This document shows, one piece after another, positions 43,465 through 53,696 of a DNA stretch of 64,000 nucleotides. A model generated the notes under the pieces. The model made no database searches. It was not told the origin of the DNA and saw only the letters and a list, made by a program, of their open reading frames with translations. Position 1 is the first letter of the stretch. The number at the start of each line of letters is the position of its first letter. Position numbers and translations under genes: made by a program. This DNA comes from an uncultured Gemmatimonadales bacterium (GTDB lineage: Bacteria > Gemmatimonadota > Gemmatimonadetes > Gemmatimonadales > Gemmatimonadaceae). The stretch covers positions 1,440,001 to 1,504,000 of the forward strand of contig CAWKNZ010000002.1 of the NCBI GenBank assembly GCA_963851265.1, read 5' to 3'.

Positions 43465-44001
43465 CTACAGCCCGAACTTCCCAAAATCTTCGGGACGCAT
43501 GTTCTCGAGGTGCGCTTTCAGCTGCTCGGCGCTCAGGGCGTCCGGCTCGCGCGCCGCACGCGGCACGGCCGGCGGCGAGGCATACCCCTGCGAGTCGTCG
43601 TCCTCGTCGCGCTCGGCCAGCGTGGTCAGCAGGCCCTCGGGCGCGTAGATGGGTGCGCCAAGTCGGACGGCGATCGCGATCGAGTCAGACGGGCGCGCGT
43701 CGACTCGCACGGCGCCGGTCGGGCCCTGCAGGTGCAGCTCGGCGAAGTACGTCCGTTGCTGCACCTTGGTGATCTGGACGCGCTGCAGCGTCCCGCCGAG
43801 TCCGACGACGAGCGATTTGCAAAGGTCGTGGGTGAGCGGCCGTTCGCGTTTGGCACCGTTCAGGTGCATGGCGATCGATTCGGCCTCGGGGTGCCCGATC
43901 CAGATGGGCAGCACGCGCCGTCCGTTCTTCTCCTGCAGGATGACGACGTAGCTGTTCGTCGAGCTATCGAGCCCGAGGCGGGAGATTGCGACTTCGACCA
44001 T
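43465..44001 (-). CDS. Bifunctional nuclease family protein (DUF151)
   Basis: VILQE...LPIWIG..EA, RPLTHDL, DARPSDSIAIA.R..APIY. Confidence 0.9.
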   Translation of the reverse strand: MVEVAISRLGLDSSTNSYVVILQEKNGRRVLPIWIGHPEAESIAMHLNGAKRERPLTHDLCKSLVVGLGGTLQRVQITKVQQRTYFAELHLQGPTGAVRVDARPSDSIAIAVRLGAPIYAPEGLLTTLAERDEDDDSQGYASPPAVPRAAREPDALSAEQLKAHLENMRPEDFGKFGL

Positions 44002-44171
44002 CGATGAACACTCCGGCGCAACGGACGGGCCTCGCGCGACGGAAACGTGGGGCGTTTCCGTCCGGCGCGGCGACCGATCCCGCCGCGCCGCACGAGGTAC
44101 CCCGGAGGTTCGTCGGCGGCCCGCGCGGTGTCAACCGGGCGCCGCGCGGGCCGCCCGCCGCCGACCGCGGA

Positions 44172-45428
44172 TCAGCTCCGGCGCGCGACCGCGGCGAGCT
44201 GTTCCGCCCGGTCCGTGCCTTCCCAGGTGAAGCCCGGGTTGGTTTGGACCAACTCCTTCCCGTCGCGAGTCGCCGTGTGCGTGACCGCCTGCGGCGCGCG
44301 CCCGAAGTGTCCGTACGCCGCGGTCGGCGAGTAGATCGGCGTCCGGAGCGCGAGCGCCTCGGTGATCCCCTTGGGCGTGAGATCGAACACCTCGCGCACC
44401 GCACGCACGATCGCGTCGTCCGACACCGTCCCGGTGCCGAACGTGCTCACCATGATCGAGACCGGCTCGCGGACCCCGATCGCGTACGCGAGCTGGACCT
44501 CGCAGCGGCGCGCCAGCCCGGCCGCGACGACGTTCTTCGCGACCCAGCGGGCCGCGTACGCCGCCGAACGGTCCACCTTCGACGGGTCCTTGCCGCTGAA
44601 CGCGCCGCCGCCGTGGCGCCCCATCCCGCCGTACGTGTCGACGATGATCTTGCGTCCGGTGAGCCCCGCGTCGCCCATCGGTCCGCCGACCACGAAACGC
44701 CCGGTCGGGTTGATGTGGTAGGCGATGTTGGGGCTGCGGAGCGAGTCCGGGATCACCGGCTCGATCACGTGCTCGATGATCGCCGCGCGCAGGTCGTCCG
44801 CCGAGATGTCTTCGGCGTGCTGCGTCGAGACCACGACGGTCTCGACCGACACCGGGCGGTCGCCCTCGTACGCCACGCTCACCTGCGCCTTGCCGTCGGG
44901 GCGCAGCCAGGGAAGCGTCTTGTTCTTCCGCAGCTCCGACAGGCGCTGCGTGAGACGGTGCGAGAGGAGGATCGGCAGCGGCATCAGCTCCGCCGTCTCG
45001 TCGGTCGCGTAGCCGAACATCATCCCCTGGTCGCCGGCGCCGCCCGTGTCGACGCCCTGCGCGATGTCGGCGCTCTGCTTATCGATCGTGCTCATCACCG
45101 CGCACGTCTTGCTGTCGAAGCCGTACGTCGCGTCGTCGTAGCCGATGCGCTGGATCGTGTCGCGCACGAGCTTCGGCAGGTCGACCCACGCGTGCGTGGT
45201 GATCTCGCCGGCGATCACCGCGAGGCCCGTCGTGACGAGCGTCTCGCACGCCACACGGCCCGCGGGGTCGAGGTGCAGGATCGCGTCGAGCACCGCGTCG
45301 GAGATTTGGTCGGCGATCTTGTCGGGATGCCCCTCGGTGACCGACTCCGAGGTGAACAGGTGGCGCGTGCCGGCCGGCGCCGCGGCGGGCGCCGACGCCA
45401 GGGCGTCGGGCATGAGCGTCGTGGACAT
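44172..45428 (-). CDS. metK: S-adenosylmethionine synthetase
   Basis: [52 protein letters not shown]. Confidence 0.98.
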   Translation of the reverse strand: MSTTLMPDALASAPAAAPAGTRHLFTSESVTEGHPDKIADQISDAVLDAILHLDPAGRVACETLVTTGLAVIAGEITTHAWVDLPKLVRDTIQRIGYDDATYGFDSKTCAVMSTIDKQSADIAQGVDTGGAGDQGMMFGYATDETAELMPLPILLSHRLTQRLSELRKNKTLPWLRPDGKAQVSVAYEGDRPVSVETVVVSTQHAEDISADDLRAAIIEHVIEPVIPDSLRSPNIAYHINPTGRFVVGGPMGDAGLTGRKIIVDTYGGMGRHGGGAFSGKDPSKVDRSAAYAARWVAKNVVAAGLARRCEVQLAYAIGVREPVSIMVSTFGTGTVSDDAIVRAVREVFDLTPKGITEALALRTPIYSPTAAYGHFGRAPQAVTHTATRDGKELVQTNPGFTWEGTDRAEQLAAVARRS

Positions 45429-45451
45429 GAGGCGGGGGTCCCTGGCGTGGA

Positions 45452-46993
45452 TTAGTAGCGGTAGTGGGCGGGCTTGTACGGGCCGTGCTCGGGCACCCCG
45501 ATGTACTCGGCCTGCGCCGGCGTCAGCTCGGTCAGCTTCACGCCGAGCTTGTCGAGGTGCAGACGCGCGACCTCCTCGTCGAGGTGCTTCGGCAGCACGT
45601 ACACTTCTTTCGCGTAACGCTCGGTGTGGCCAAACAGCTCGATCTGCGCGGCCACCTGGTTGGTGAACGAGCACGACATCACGAAGCTCGGGTGCCCGGT
45701 CGCGCAGCCGAGGTTCATGAGGCGGCCTTCGGCGAGGATGAGCACCGAGTGGCCGTCGGGGAACACGTACTCGTCGTACTGCGGCTTGATGTTCACGCGC
45801 TGTACGCCCGGCATCTTCTTGAGCCCGGCCATGTCGATCTCGTTGTCAAAGTGGCCGATGTTGGCCACGATGGCCTTGTCCTTCATGCGCGCCATGTGCT
45901 GCGCGTCGATGATGCCGTAGTTGCCGGTGGCGGTGATGAAGAGGTCGGCCGTGCCGATCACGTCTTCGAGCGTGAGGACCTGGTACCCCTCCATCGCCGC
46001 CTGCAGCGCGCAGATCGGATCGATCTCGGTGACGATGACGCGCGCGCCCTGCCCGCGGAGCGCCTGCGCGCACCCCTTGCCGACGTCGCCATAACCGCAA
46101 ACCACCGCGACCTTGCCCGCGAGCATCACGTCGGTCGCGCGGTTCAGACCGTCGATGATCGAGTGGCGGCAGCCGTACAGGTTGTCGAACTTGGACTTGG
46201 TGACCGAGTCGTTGACGTTGATCGCCGGGAAGCGGAGCGTGCCCGCCTTCTGCATCTCGTACAGGCGGTGCACGCCCGTCGTCGTCTCCTCGGTCACGCC
46301 CTTGATCGCGGCGGCGACCTTCGTCCAGCGGCCGGGGTTCCGCTGCTGCTCCTGGCGCAGCAGGTCGAGGATCACGCCCCACTCCTCGGGGTCCTTGTCA
46401 GCGTCGAACGCCGGTACCGCGCCCGCGGCCTCGTAGTCCGCGCCGCGGTGAATGAGCAGCGTCGCGTCGCCACCGTCATCGAGCAACATGTTGGGGCCCG
46501 CGCCGTCCGGCCACGTGAGCGCCTGTTCGGTGCACCACCAGTACTCCTCGAGCGTCTCACCCTTCCACGCGAACACCGGGATTCCGCGCGGCTCCTCCAC
46601 CGTGCCGTCGCGTCCGACGGCGACAGCCGCCGCCGCGTGGTCCTGGGTCGAGAAGATGTTGCACGACACCCAGCGGACGTCGGCGCCGAGATCGACGAGG
46701 GTCTCGATCAGCACGGCGGTCTGCACGGTCATGTGGAGCGAGCCCATGATGCGCGCGCCGGTGAGCGGCTTGCTCGCCGAGTAGCGCGCGCGCATCGCCA
46801 TGAGGCCGGGCATCTCCTGCTCGGCGAGCCGGATTTCCTTGCGTCCGAGCTCGGCCTGCGCGAGGTCGCGCACCTTGAACGGCGGGCGATCCGGCGTGCC
46901 GTTGGGCGACGCGGTCGCGGGCGCGGCGTCGTACTCCTTGGTCGTGGTGCCGCGCGACGCGGGGGCGTCGGCGACCGAACTCGGCGGTGTCAT
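45452..46993 (-). CDS. ahcY: Adenosylhomocysteinase
   Basis: [61 protein letters not shown] overlap with the upstream regulator. Confidence 0.98.
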   Translation of the reverse strand: MTPPSSVADAPASRGTTTKEYDAAPATASPNGTPDRPPFKVRDLAQAELGRKEIRLAEQEMPGLMAMRARYSASKPLTGARIMGSLHMTVQTAVLIETLVDLGADVRWVSCNIFSTQDHAAAAVAVGRDGTVEEPRGIPVFAWKGETLEEYWWCTEQALTWPDGAGPNMLLDDGGDATLLIHRGADYEAAGAVPAFDADKDPEEWGVILDLLRQEQQRNPGRWTKVAAAIKGVTEETTTGVHRLYEMQKAGTLRFPAINVNDSVTKSKFDNLYGCRHSIIDGLNRATDVMLAGKVAVVCGYGDVGKGCAQALRGQGARVIVTEIDPICALQAAMEGYQVLTLEDVIGTADLFITATGNYGIIDAQHMARMKDKAIVANIGHFDNEIDMAGLKKMPGVQRVNIKPQYDEYVFPDGHSVLILAEGRLMNLGCATGHPSFVMSCSFTNQVAAQIELFGHTERYAKEVYVLPKHLDEEVARLHLDKLGVKLTELTPAQAEYIGVPEHGPYKPAHYRY

Positions 46994-47991
46994 ACGGTAC
47001 GCGGGGTTGAGTGGCTGGCGAGTGGAGCGTCGATGGACGGAACGCGCGCGGCGGGGCGCGCGGCCGATCGCCGGGCCGTGGCCGCGACGAGTTGGGGCCC
47101 GCGTGCGGCCGGGTCGACCGGGAGCGGGGTGTAGCGAAGCGCGCCGAATCCGGCTTCGGCGAGCCACTCCGCGAGTTGTGCCTCGCCGAAGCCGAGCCAA
47201 ACGTGGCCCATTTCCTGGCGATAGCGTTCGCGGTCGTGTGGGGCCATGTCGATCACGACGAGGCGGCCACGCGGGCGAAGCGCGCGCGCCGCCTGTTCGA
47301 ACACGGCGAGCGGGTCGGGCAGGTGGTGCAACGTGAGTACGAGCAGCGCGGCGTCGAGCTCGCCGTCGCCGATCGGAAGGGCCTCGAGATCGCCCTCGCG
47401 CAACTCGACGTTCGCGCGCCCGTCCAGGCGCCGGCGGGCGACCGCGAGCATCTCGCGCGAGTGGTCGACCGCGATCACGCGTCCGACGAACGGCGCGAGC
47501 ACGTCCGCTACGGCTCCGGTCCCACAGCCGAGGTCGCCGAGGACCATCTCGTCGTCGAGCAGCGCGAGAAGCGCGAGCAGGTCGGCCCGTGCCCCGAACA
47601 GCTCCACCCGCAACCGGTCCCAGGCCTCGGCCGTCGACGAGAAGAAGGCCCGCGTGGCCGACCGCCGCTCCGCCAGCACCGCGCGCAACCGTTCCGCGTC
47701 GTGCGGCGCGGCCGGTAGCGCCGCGAGCGGGTCGCGTACGGCGGCCCAGAGCGCGCCCGTCGACGACTTCCGGCCCACGTCGGCGATGTGGTATCGGCGG
47801 CTCGGACCGTCGGCGCGCGCCGCGACCCACCCAGCGTCGACCAGCGTCTTCAGATGCCGGCTGACCGTGCTCTGCGGCAGCTGGAGCGTGGCCGCGAGCT
47901 CACCGACCGCGAGCTCGTGCCGTTCGAGCGCGAGCAAGAGCCGCCCCCGGACGGGGTCGGCGAGCGCGGCGAGCGAGTCGAGGACATCCAC
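46990..47991 (-). CDS. sahR: ArsR-HTH plus SAM-methyltransferase-fold regulator (SahR-like)
   Basis: ALADPVR.RLL...ELAVGEL...[12 protein letters not shown] followed by FF...A..WD, DLGCGTG, LHH, HVWLGF; first gene of an ahcY-metK operon. Confidence 0.82.
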   Translation of the reverse strand: MDVLDSLAALADPVRGRLLLALERHELAVGELAATLQLPQSTVSRHLKTLVDAGWVAARADGPSRRYHIADVGRKSSTGALWAAVRDPLAALPAAPHDAERLRAVLAERRSATRAFFSSTAEAWDRLRVELFGARADLLALLALLDDEMVLGDLGCGTGAVADVLAPFVGRVIAVDHSREMLAVARRRLDGRANVELREGDLEALPIGDGELDAALLVLTLHHLPDPLAVFEQAARALRPRGRLVVIDMAPHDRERYRQEMGHVWLGFGEAQLAEWLAEAGFGALRYTPLPVDPAARGPQLVAATARRSAARPAARVPSIDAPLASHSTPRTV

Positions 47992-48000
47992 GTTGATGAT

Positions 48001-48032
48001 TTCCTTTCATCCGGATAGACGGATGAAAGGAA
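48001..48032. promoter_or_regulatory. Perfect 13-bp-arm palindrome upstream of the sahR-like gene, probable operator
   Basis: TTCCTTTCATCCG-GATAGA-CGGATGAAAGGAA; ends 9 nt before the GTG start. Confidence 0.7.
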
Positions 48033-48051
48033 CGCCCGCGCACCGGCTGCG

Positions 48052-49824
48052 TCAACCGGCGGCGTTCGTCAATCCCGAAGCGCCGGTGCTGCGCCCGAGT
48101 TCGGCGTCGAGCGCGGCGTGAAGGATCACCTCGGCTTCGCGCGCCGTGGCGGAGTTCAGCGCCCGCTCCGCGGCGGCGGTCGCGCGGGAGGCATGCACGC
48201 CGCGCACGATGCGCTTCACCACCGCGACGTTGCGCGGTCCCACCGAGAGCTGCCGCAGGCCGAGCCCGAGCAGCGCGTAGGCCATGAGGGGCTGAGACGC
48301 CATCTCACCGCACACGCACACGTCGAGGCCGTGGTCCGCCCCGACCTGCACGACGTGGCGGAGGAGGCGGAGTACGGAAGGGTGCAGCGGCGTGAACCGC
48401 GGCGCGAGCTGCGCATTCCCGCGGTCCACGGCGAGCGTGTACTGCACGAGGTCGTTGGTGCCGATCGAGAAGAACGCGACCTCGCCTACGAACGACTCGG
48501 CGGCCAACGCGGCGGCCGGCGTCTCGATCATGACGCCGAGCGGCACGTCGTCGCGAAACGACGCGCCGCGCGCGCGCAGCTCCGCGGCGGCTTCGCCCAT
48601 GAGCGCCCGTGCGGCGCGCACCTCGTCCACGCTCACCACGAGCGGGAGCATGATGCGCACGTCCCCGTGGGTCGCGGCGCGCAGGAGCGCGCGCAGCTGG
48701 CCCTTGAACAGTTCGGGCTGGTCGAGACACATCCGGATCGCGCGCCAGCCCAGGAACGGGTTGGGCTCGGCCGGGAATCCGCCGACCGGCAGCTTGTCGC
48801 CGCCGATGTCGAAGGTCCGGATCACCACCGGGCGGCCGCGGAACGCGTCGACCACGCGCGCGTAGGCCCGGTACTGCTCGTCCTCGTCGGGCATCGTCGC
48901 CCGACCGACGACGAGGAATTCGGTGCGCAGCAGCCCGACCCCGTCCGCCCCACTCGTCGCCGCCGCGTCGGCCTCCTCCGGCAGATCGACGTTGGCGCGC
49001 AGCGTCACGCACACGTCGTCGCGCGTGACCGCGTCCAGCGCGGAGAGCTGGCGCAACTCGGCCGTCTCCTGCACTTCGAGCTGCGCGCGCGCCGCATACG
49101 CCGCGAGTTCCGTCGCGTCGGGGTCGAGCGCGAGCGTGCCCGCCGCCCCGTCGAGCACCGCGCGCTCGCCACCGCGGAGCCGCGACGTCGCGTCGCGCAG
49201 GCCGACCACGGCGGGCAGGCCTAACGACCGCGCGAGGATCGCGATGTGCGACGTGTTCGTCCCGGCGTCGGTGGCGATCGCGGAGATCGCCTCGCGGTCG
49301 AGCTGGACCGTCAGCGACGGCGTCAGGTCGTGCGTGACGAGGATCGCCCCCGCGCCCTTGGGCACCGAGATCGGGTCGTAGTCGGGCAGGTCGAGCAGCA
49401 GCGATAGGAGGCGGATCTGCACGTCCGTCAGGTCGCCGACGCGCTCGCGGAGCATCGCGTGCGGATGCTTCGCGAACTGCTGGCGCCACTCGAGCATCGC
49501 CAGGTCGACCGCCTTCTCGGCGCCGAGGTTCTGGCGCACCAGCGTCTCCATCTGGTCGACGAGCGCCTCGTCGCGGAGGATCGAGAGCTGCACGTCGAAG
49601 ATCGCGGCCTCGTCGGGCCCGGCCTGGCGCTCGGCGCGCGCGCGGACGAGCTCGAGCCGGTCGGCCGCGCCGGCGATCGCGGCGCGGAGCCGCGCCAACT
49701 CCGCGGGGATCATGTCGTCGGCGACGATCCGCTGGGGCACGTCGGGCACCTCCCAGCGCAGGAGGTGCACGGGCCCCACGACGATCCCCGGCGACGCGGC
49801 GATCCCCGCGAGTTGCAGCCGCAC
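48052..49824 (-). CDS. ptsI: PTS enzyme I
   Basis: GIAASPG, TSHIAILARS (phospho-His), GVGLLRTEF, DIGGDK, EPNPFLGWR, MIETP, SIGTNDLVQY, CGEMA. Confidence 0.96.
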   Translation of the reverse strand: MRLQLAGIAASPGIVVGPVHLLRWEVPDVPQRIVADDMIPAELARLRAAIAGAADRLELVRARAERQAGPDEAAIFDVQLSILRDEALVDQMETLVRQNLGAEKAVDLAMLEWRQQFAKHPHAMLRERVGDLTDVQIRLLSLLLDLPDYDPISVPKGAGAILVTHDLTPSLTVQLDREAISAIATDAGTNTSHIAILARSLGLPAVVGLRDATSRLRGGERAVLDGAAGTLALDPDATELAAYAARAQLEVQETAELRQLSALDAVTRDDVCVTLRANVDLPEEADAAATSGADGVGLLRTEFLVVGRATMPDEDEQYRAYARVVDAFRGRPVVIRTFDIGGDKLPVGGFPAEPNPFLGWRAIRMCLDQPELFKGQLRALLRAATHGDVRIMLPLVVSVDEVRAARALMGEAAAELRARGASFRDDVPLGVMIETPAAALAAESFVGEVAFFSIGTNDLVQYTLAVDRGNAQLAPRFTPLHPSVLRLLRHVVQVGADHGLDVCVCGEMASQPLMAYALLGLGLRQLSVGPRNVAVVKRIVRGVHASRATAAAERALNSATAREAEVILHAALDAELGRSTGASGLTNAAG

Positions 49825-49828
49825 GGTC

Positions 49829-50101
49829 CTACCGCTCCCCGAACTTGCCGTCGACGAGCGCTTCGAGCGCGGCGACCGCCGCGTCCGCGTCGGGCCCCGT
49901 CGCCCTCAGCACGATCGTCGCGCCGCACTCGGCGGCGAGCATCATCACTCCCATGATGCTCTTGCCGTTGACCTCCATGTCGTCGCGCGTGATGGTCACG
50001 TCGCTCTGGAACCGCGACGCGGCCTTCACCATCTCGGCCGCAGGTCGGGCGTGCAGGCCGTGCTTGTTCTGGATCTGGACTGGCCGTTCGACCGTCGGCA
50101 T
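49829..50101 (-). CDS. ptsH: Phosphocarrier protein HPr
   Basis: NKHGLHARPAA (His15) and NGKSIMGVMML (Ser46). Confidence 0.96.
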   Translation of the reverse strand: MPTVERPVQIQNKHGLHARPAAEMVKAASRFQSDVTITRDDMEVNGKSIMGVMMLAAECGATIVLRATGPDADAAVAALEALVDGKFGER

Positions 50102-50148
50102 GGGCGTGGGTACTGGGCGACCGGGGGTGGCAGGCGGCACGGCGCTGG

Positions 50149-50946
50149 TCAGCGAAGGAGGCCGTAGAGCGTAAAGATGGCGAGGAGCGTGAGCGCGAGG
50201 CGCCATCCGTCGAGGCGGCCGTGCAACCGTGCGAGCACGACGGCCGCGACGACGATCACGACGAGCGCCGCGCCGAGCAGCGTACGCCCCGGCCCGATCG
50301 CGCGGTCGAGGGCGAGCGGCAGCGCCGCCCCCCCGACCAGCGCGGCGGCCTGCGACAGCCGTTCGGGCCCCTGGCGGAACAGCGGATGCGCGAGCCCCTG
50401 CGCCACCCGCAGCCCGCGCGCGAGGCCGGTCCGCAGCCCCCACACACGGAGCGCGACGTGCCCGGCGTTGTACAGGAGCAGGAAGCCGCCCACGGTCACG
50501 AGCGGCGACGCGCCGGCGCCGAACAGCAGCAGCCCGACGGCCGAGCAGAACGGCAGCCACGCCGCCCAGACCAGCCGGTCGCCGACGCTGCCTAACGGGC
50601 CGCAGAGCGCGGTGCGGAACCGCTCGATCCGCACGGCCGGCTCGCCGTCGAGCTCCGCGCGCGCGAGGGCGCCCACGGCGAGCGCGGCGAGGTACGGGTG
50701 CGCGTTGAAATACGCGCTCTCGCGCGCGAGCGCCTCCCGGTACGCGGCGCCCCCTCGCCCGCCGGGCAGCAGCGCGAGTGCGGGCTCGACGGCGTAGCCG
50801 ACGCCGGTCCCGAGCAGCAGCTCGTAGTTCCACGACGCCTGGATCGCGAACAGCCGGACGAGCATCAGCGCCCGGGTCGCGAACGGCACCACCGCGCCGG
50901 ACGTCGTGCCGGGCGCCGCGCCGAGCGGCAGCGCGGCGCCGCTCAC
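50149..50946 (-). CDS. PTS mannose/fructose/sorbose family IID component
   Basis: IQASWNYE, YFNAHPY, GPLGSVGD.L.W, LYN. Confidence 0.88.
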   Translation of the reverse strand: MSGAALPLGAAPGTTSGAVVPFATRALMLVRLFAIQASWNYELLLGTGVGYAVEPALALLPGGRGGAAYREALARESAYFNAHPYLAALAVGALARAELDGEPAVRIERFRTALCGPLGSVGDRLVWAAWLPFCSAVGLLLFGAGASPLVTVGGFLLLYNAGHVALRVWGLRTGLARGLRVAQGLAHPLFRQGPERLSQAAALVGGAALPLALDRAIGPGRTLLGAALVVIVVAAVVLARLHGRLDGWRLALTLLAIFTLYGLLR

Positions 50947-51671
50947 TGCAGGGCGAGCCGCAGAAGGCCGGCCGCGATCCCGGCGGCGAACAGGAGTCGT
51001 GCGCGCGGTACGAGGTGGAACAGCTTCCAGACGGCGCTGCCCGCCACGGTTGCGGCCACGCTCACCACCACGGCGCGCGACAGCCGCGCGTCCGCACCCC
51101 AATGCCCGACCGCCGTCGCGAGCAGCGGGAGCGAGAGCTGCAGCGCAAGCACCGTGAGCGCGAACCCGCGCAGCAGGTCGAAGCCGAGCCCCGCGAACTG
51201 CAGACGCGACACCGTCCGCCGCGACCCGGTCTGAAGCGCCGGGGCCTGCGCGCGCGCGAACTGGCCGTTGATGCGCCGGAGCAGGATCATCGACTCGCCG
51301 CCGACCCAGGCGGTCGCGAGCGCGCACGTGACGGCGAGCACGAGTGCGCCCGCCGCGCCTTCGGGATGCAGTGCGTAGAGCGCGCCGCCGACCACCGCGG
51401 CCGATCCCCACTCGGGGTAGCGCGACGCGCCCACCGGCAGCGTCTCGAGTGCCACGAGTTCGAGCACCGCACCGACGAGCAGACCGCGCCCGGGCTCGCC
51501 CACGACCGCGCCGGCGAGCGTCGCGGCGACGAGCGGGCGCGATATCATCGCCTGCGGAAAGCTGACCACGTCGAGCCCGAGCACCGCGCCGAGGAGCGCG
51601 AAACGAAGGACGTCGAAGTTCGCGAGTCGCAGCTTTTCTAGCGCCGTGAGGGCCGTCCCCGGCTCAAACAT
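50943..51671 (-). CDS. PTS mannose family IIC component
   Basis: LGLD...PQAMISRPLVA, G...GAVLEL...PVGA; polytopic membrane protein. Confidence 0.85.
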   Translation of the reverse strand: MFEPGTALTALEKLRLANFDVLRFALLGAVLGLDVVSFPQAMISRPLVAATLAGAVVGEPGRGLLVGAVLELVALETLPVGASRYPEWGSAAVVGGALYALHPEGAAGALVLAVTCALATAWVGGESMILLRRINGQFARAQAPALQTGSRRTVSRLQFAGLGFDLLRGFALTVLALQLSLPLLATAVGHWGADARLSRAVVVSVAATVAGSAVWKLFHLVPRARLLFAAGIAAGLLRLALQ

Positions 51672-52173
51672 CCACGCGCCCCGCGAGCACGTCGAACAGG
51701 GTCACCGGCTTCGCCGCGGGTACGTCCTGCGCGGTCACCTGCACGCCCGACGCGGCGAGCGCGCGGAGCGCCGCCTCCTCGTCGGGCGTGAGGAACACGT
51801 AGCGCATGCGCTGGACGCGACCGGCGCGGTGGTGTACGCCGCCGACGTTCACGCCGGAGATCTTGGCCGCGGTGCCACTCGCGCGCACCGCGTCGACGAA
51901 CCGGCGCATCGTCGTGACGTCGCCGGCGAGCACGATGGCGCGCGCGCGCCCGGCGACGAGCCCCGCGTGCATGCGCGCCGCGTCGTCCACCGACGCGAAC
52001 CGGACGTCCATCTCGGGAGGCACCGCCATGCGGTAGAGCTCCTGCTCCCACTCGCTCACGGCCAGCTCGTCGTCGACGACCACGATGAGCTGAACGTCGA
52101 GCGGGCGGGCCCACCCGAGCACGACCTGCCCGTGGATCAGCCGGTCGTCGATCCGGTACAGCTCAACCGGCAC
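51664..52173 (-). CDS. PTS mannose/sorbose family IIB component
   Basis: RIDDRLIHGQV..GW, VNVGG, QDVP; GTG at 52173. Confidence 0.9.
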   Translation of the reverse strand: MPVELYRIDDRLIHGQVVLGWARPLDVQLIVVVDDELAVSEWEQELYRMAVPPEMDVRFASVDDAARMHAGLVAGRARAIVLAGDVTTMRRFVDAVRASGTAAKISGVNVGGVHHRAGRVQRMRYVFLTPDEEAALRALAASGVQVTAQDVPAAKPVTLFDVLAGRVDV

Positions 52174-52657
52174 GTGGCGCGCCCGGGAGCGAGGTGAGCG
52201 CGACCTGTCCGCGCGAGACGGCGCGCGCCGCGGCGGCCCGCGCCCCGTCGGGCGTCTGCACGTCGCCGTCGCACCCGCCGTCGGCCGCACACACGAAGTC
52301 GAGCAGCGTGCCGAGGTTCGTCCCCGTGACGACCGTGACGTCGGGGCGGTCGCGTTGTACGCGGCGCGCGGCCATCGCGCAGCTGCCGGCCGGCAGGTCG
52401 GTGAAGATGACGAACGCGGCCGCGGCGTCGAGCTTCTCGCGGATCGCGCGTTCGATGTCGGCCCCTCCCAGGTCGCGGTTGCTCAGCACGTCGAGCAGCG
52501 CGCCGCGCCCGGTAATCTGCTCGACGGCCGACCGCAGGCCCGTCGCGAGGTCGCCGTGCGCGGCGATGAGCGCGACCGGCCGGCGTGGCGCGTCGAGCAC
52601 CGCGGCCTCGCCGGAGCCGGCCACGCTCTGCATATTCGCAGCCGGTTCGTTATTCAT
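52163..52657 (-). CDS. PTS mannose family IIA component
   Basis: LIAAHGDLA.GL, IFTDLPAGSC, VTGTNL. Confidence 0.85.
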   Translation of the reverse strand: MNNEPAANMQSVAGSGEAAVLDAPRRPVALIAAHGDLATGLRSAVEQITGRGALLDVLSNRDLGGADIERAIREKLDAAAAFVIFTDLPAGSCAMAARRVQRDRPDVTVVTGTNLGTLLDFVCAADGGCDGDVQTPDGARAAAARAVSRGQVALTSLPGAPRAG

Positions 52658-53696
52658 CGTCGTCGCGCAGGTAACGCTGGATGTCGATCGTCCGGTCGCG
52701 CCGCGCGCCGTTGACGGGCGCGCCGGTGCGGGTCTGCTCGCGCGCGGCGGCCTGCGCGCGCATGCGACCGATCAGCCGCTCGTTGAACGCCTCGGCGGGG
52801 TCGACGCCGGTGCTGTAGCGCAGCAGGTGGTTCATCGCGATCACCTCGGCGATGACGGTGATGTTCTTCCCCGGGTTGAGCGGCACCCGGATGCGCGGCA
52901 GCGCCACGCCGAGGATGTCGTGCGTCTCGCCATCGAGCCCCGTGCGGTCGACGACGGCTTCCTGGTCCCACGGCTCGAGGTGTACGCACACCTCGACGCG
53001 CTTCTGCTGGCGCACGGCCCGAATGCCGAAGATCGCCGGGATGTCGATGAGACCGATCCCGCGAATCTCCATGTGGTGCCGCTGCAACTCGTGGCCGCGC
53101 CCGATCAGGACGTCCGCGCCGCGCCGCTTCACGATGAGCAGATCGTCGGCCACGAGTCGGTGGCCGCGCTCGACGAGGTCGAGTACGCACTCGCTCTTGC
53201 CGATGCCGCTCATGCCGGTGAAGAACAGCCCGACGCCGTAGACGTCGGCGAGCGAGCCGTGGAGCGTCGCCGTCGGCGCGAACTCGTCCGCGAGCAGCGG
53301 CTTGATCTGCTCGTAGAACTCGGCGGTCTTGATCGTGGTCCGGAACACGGCCACGTTCGCGCGCTCGGCCAACGCGAGCAGCGGGTCCGGCGGTTGGAGG
53401 CCCTTCGTGATGAACACGCACGGAATCGGGAACGAGAAGAACCGCTCGAGATTCCGTTCGCGCGTGTCGCGGTCGAGCGACATGAGATAGGTGATCTCGG
53501 TCTCGCCGAACACCTGCACCCGCTCGTGCGCGAAGCGGTCGACGTAGCCGGCGAGCACCAGTCCCGGGCTCGACGCCTCGGGCCCGGGCACGGGACGCGA
53601 GAGCCCCACCCCCGCCCCGAGCTGCTCGACCGGCGTCGAGTCGCTCAGCCGCTCGGCCAGCTGCCCGACCGTGAACGGCGCGCGTCCCGGGCTCAC
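52650..53696 (-). CDS. hprK: HPr kinase/phosphorylase
   Basis: PGLVLAGY, RVQVFGETE, HGSLADVYGVG, GMSGIGKSE..LDLVERGHRLVADD, MEIRGIG, PGKN. Confidence 0.96.
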   Translation of the reverse strand: MSPGRAPFTVGQLAERLSDSTPVEQLGAGVGLSRPVPGPEASSPGLVLAGYVDRFAHERVQVFGETEITYLMSLDRDTRERNLERFFSFPIPCVFITKGLQPPDPLLALAERANVAVFRTTIKTAEFYEQIKPLLADEFAPTATLHGSLADVYGVGLFFTGMSGIGKSECVLDLVERGHRLVADDLLIVKRRGADVLIGRGHELQRHHMEIRGIGLIDIPAIFGIRAVRQQKRVEVCVHLEPWDQEAVVDRTGLDGETHDILGVALPRIRVPLNPGKNITVIAEVIAMNHLLRYSTGVDPAEAFNERLIGRMRAQAAAREQTRTGAPVNGARRDRTIDIQRYLRDDDE

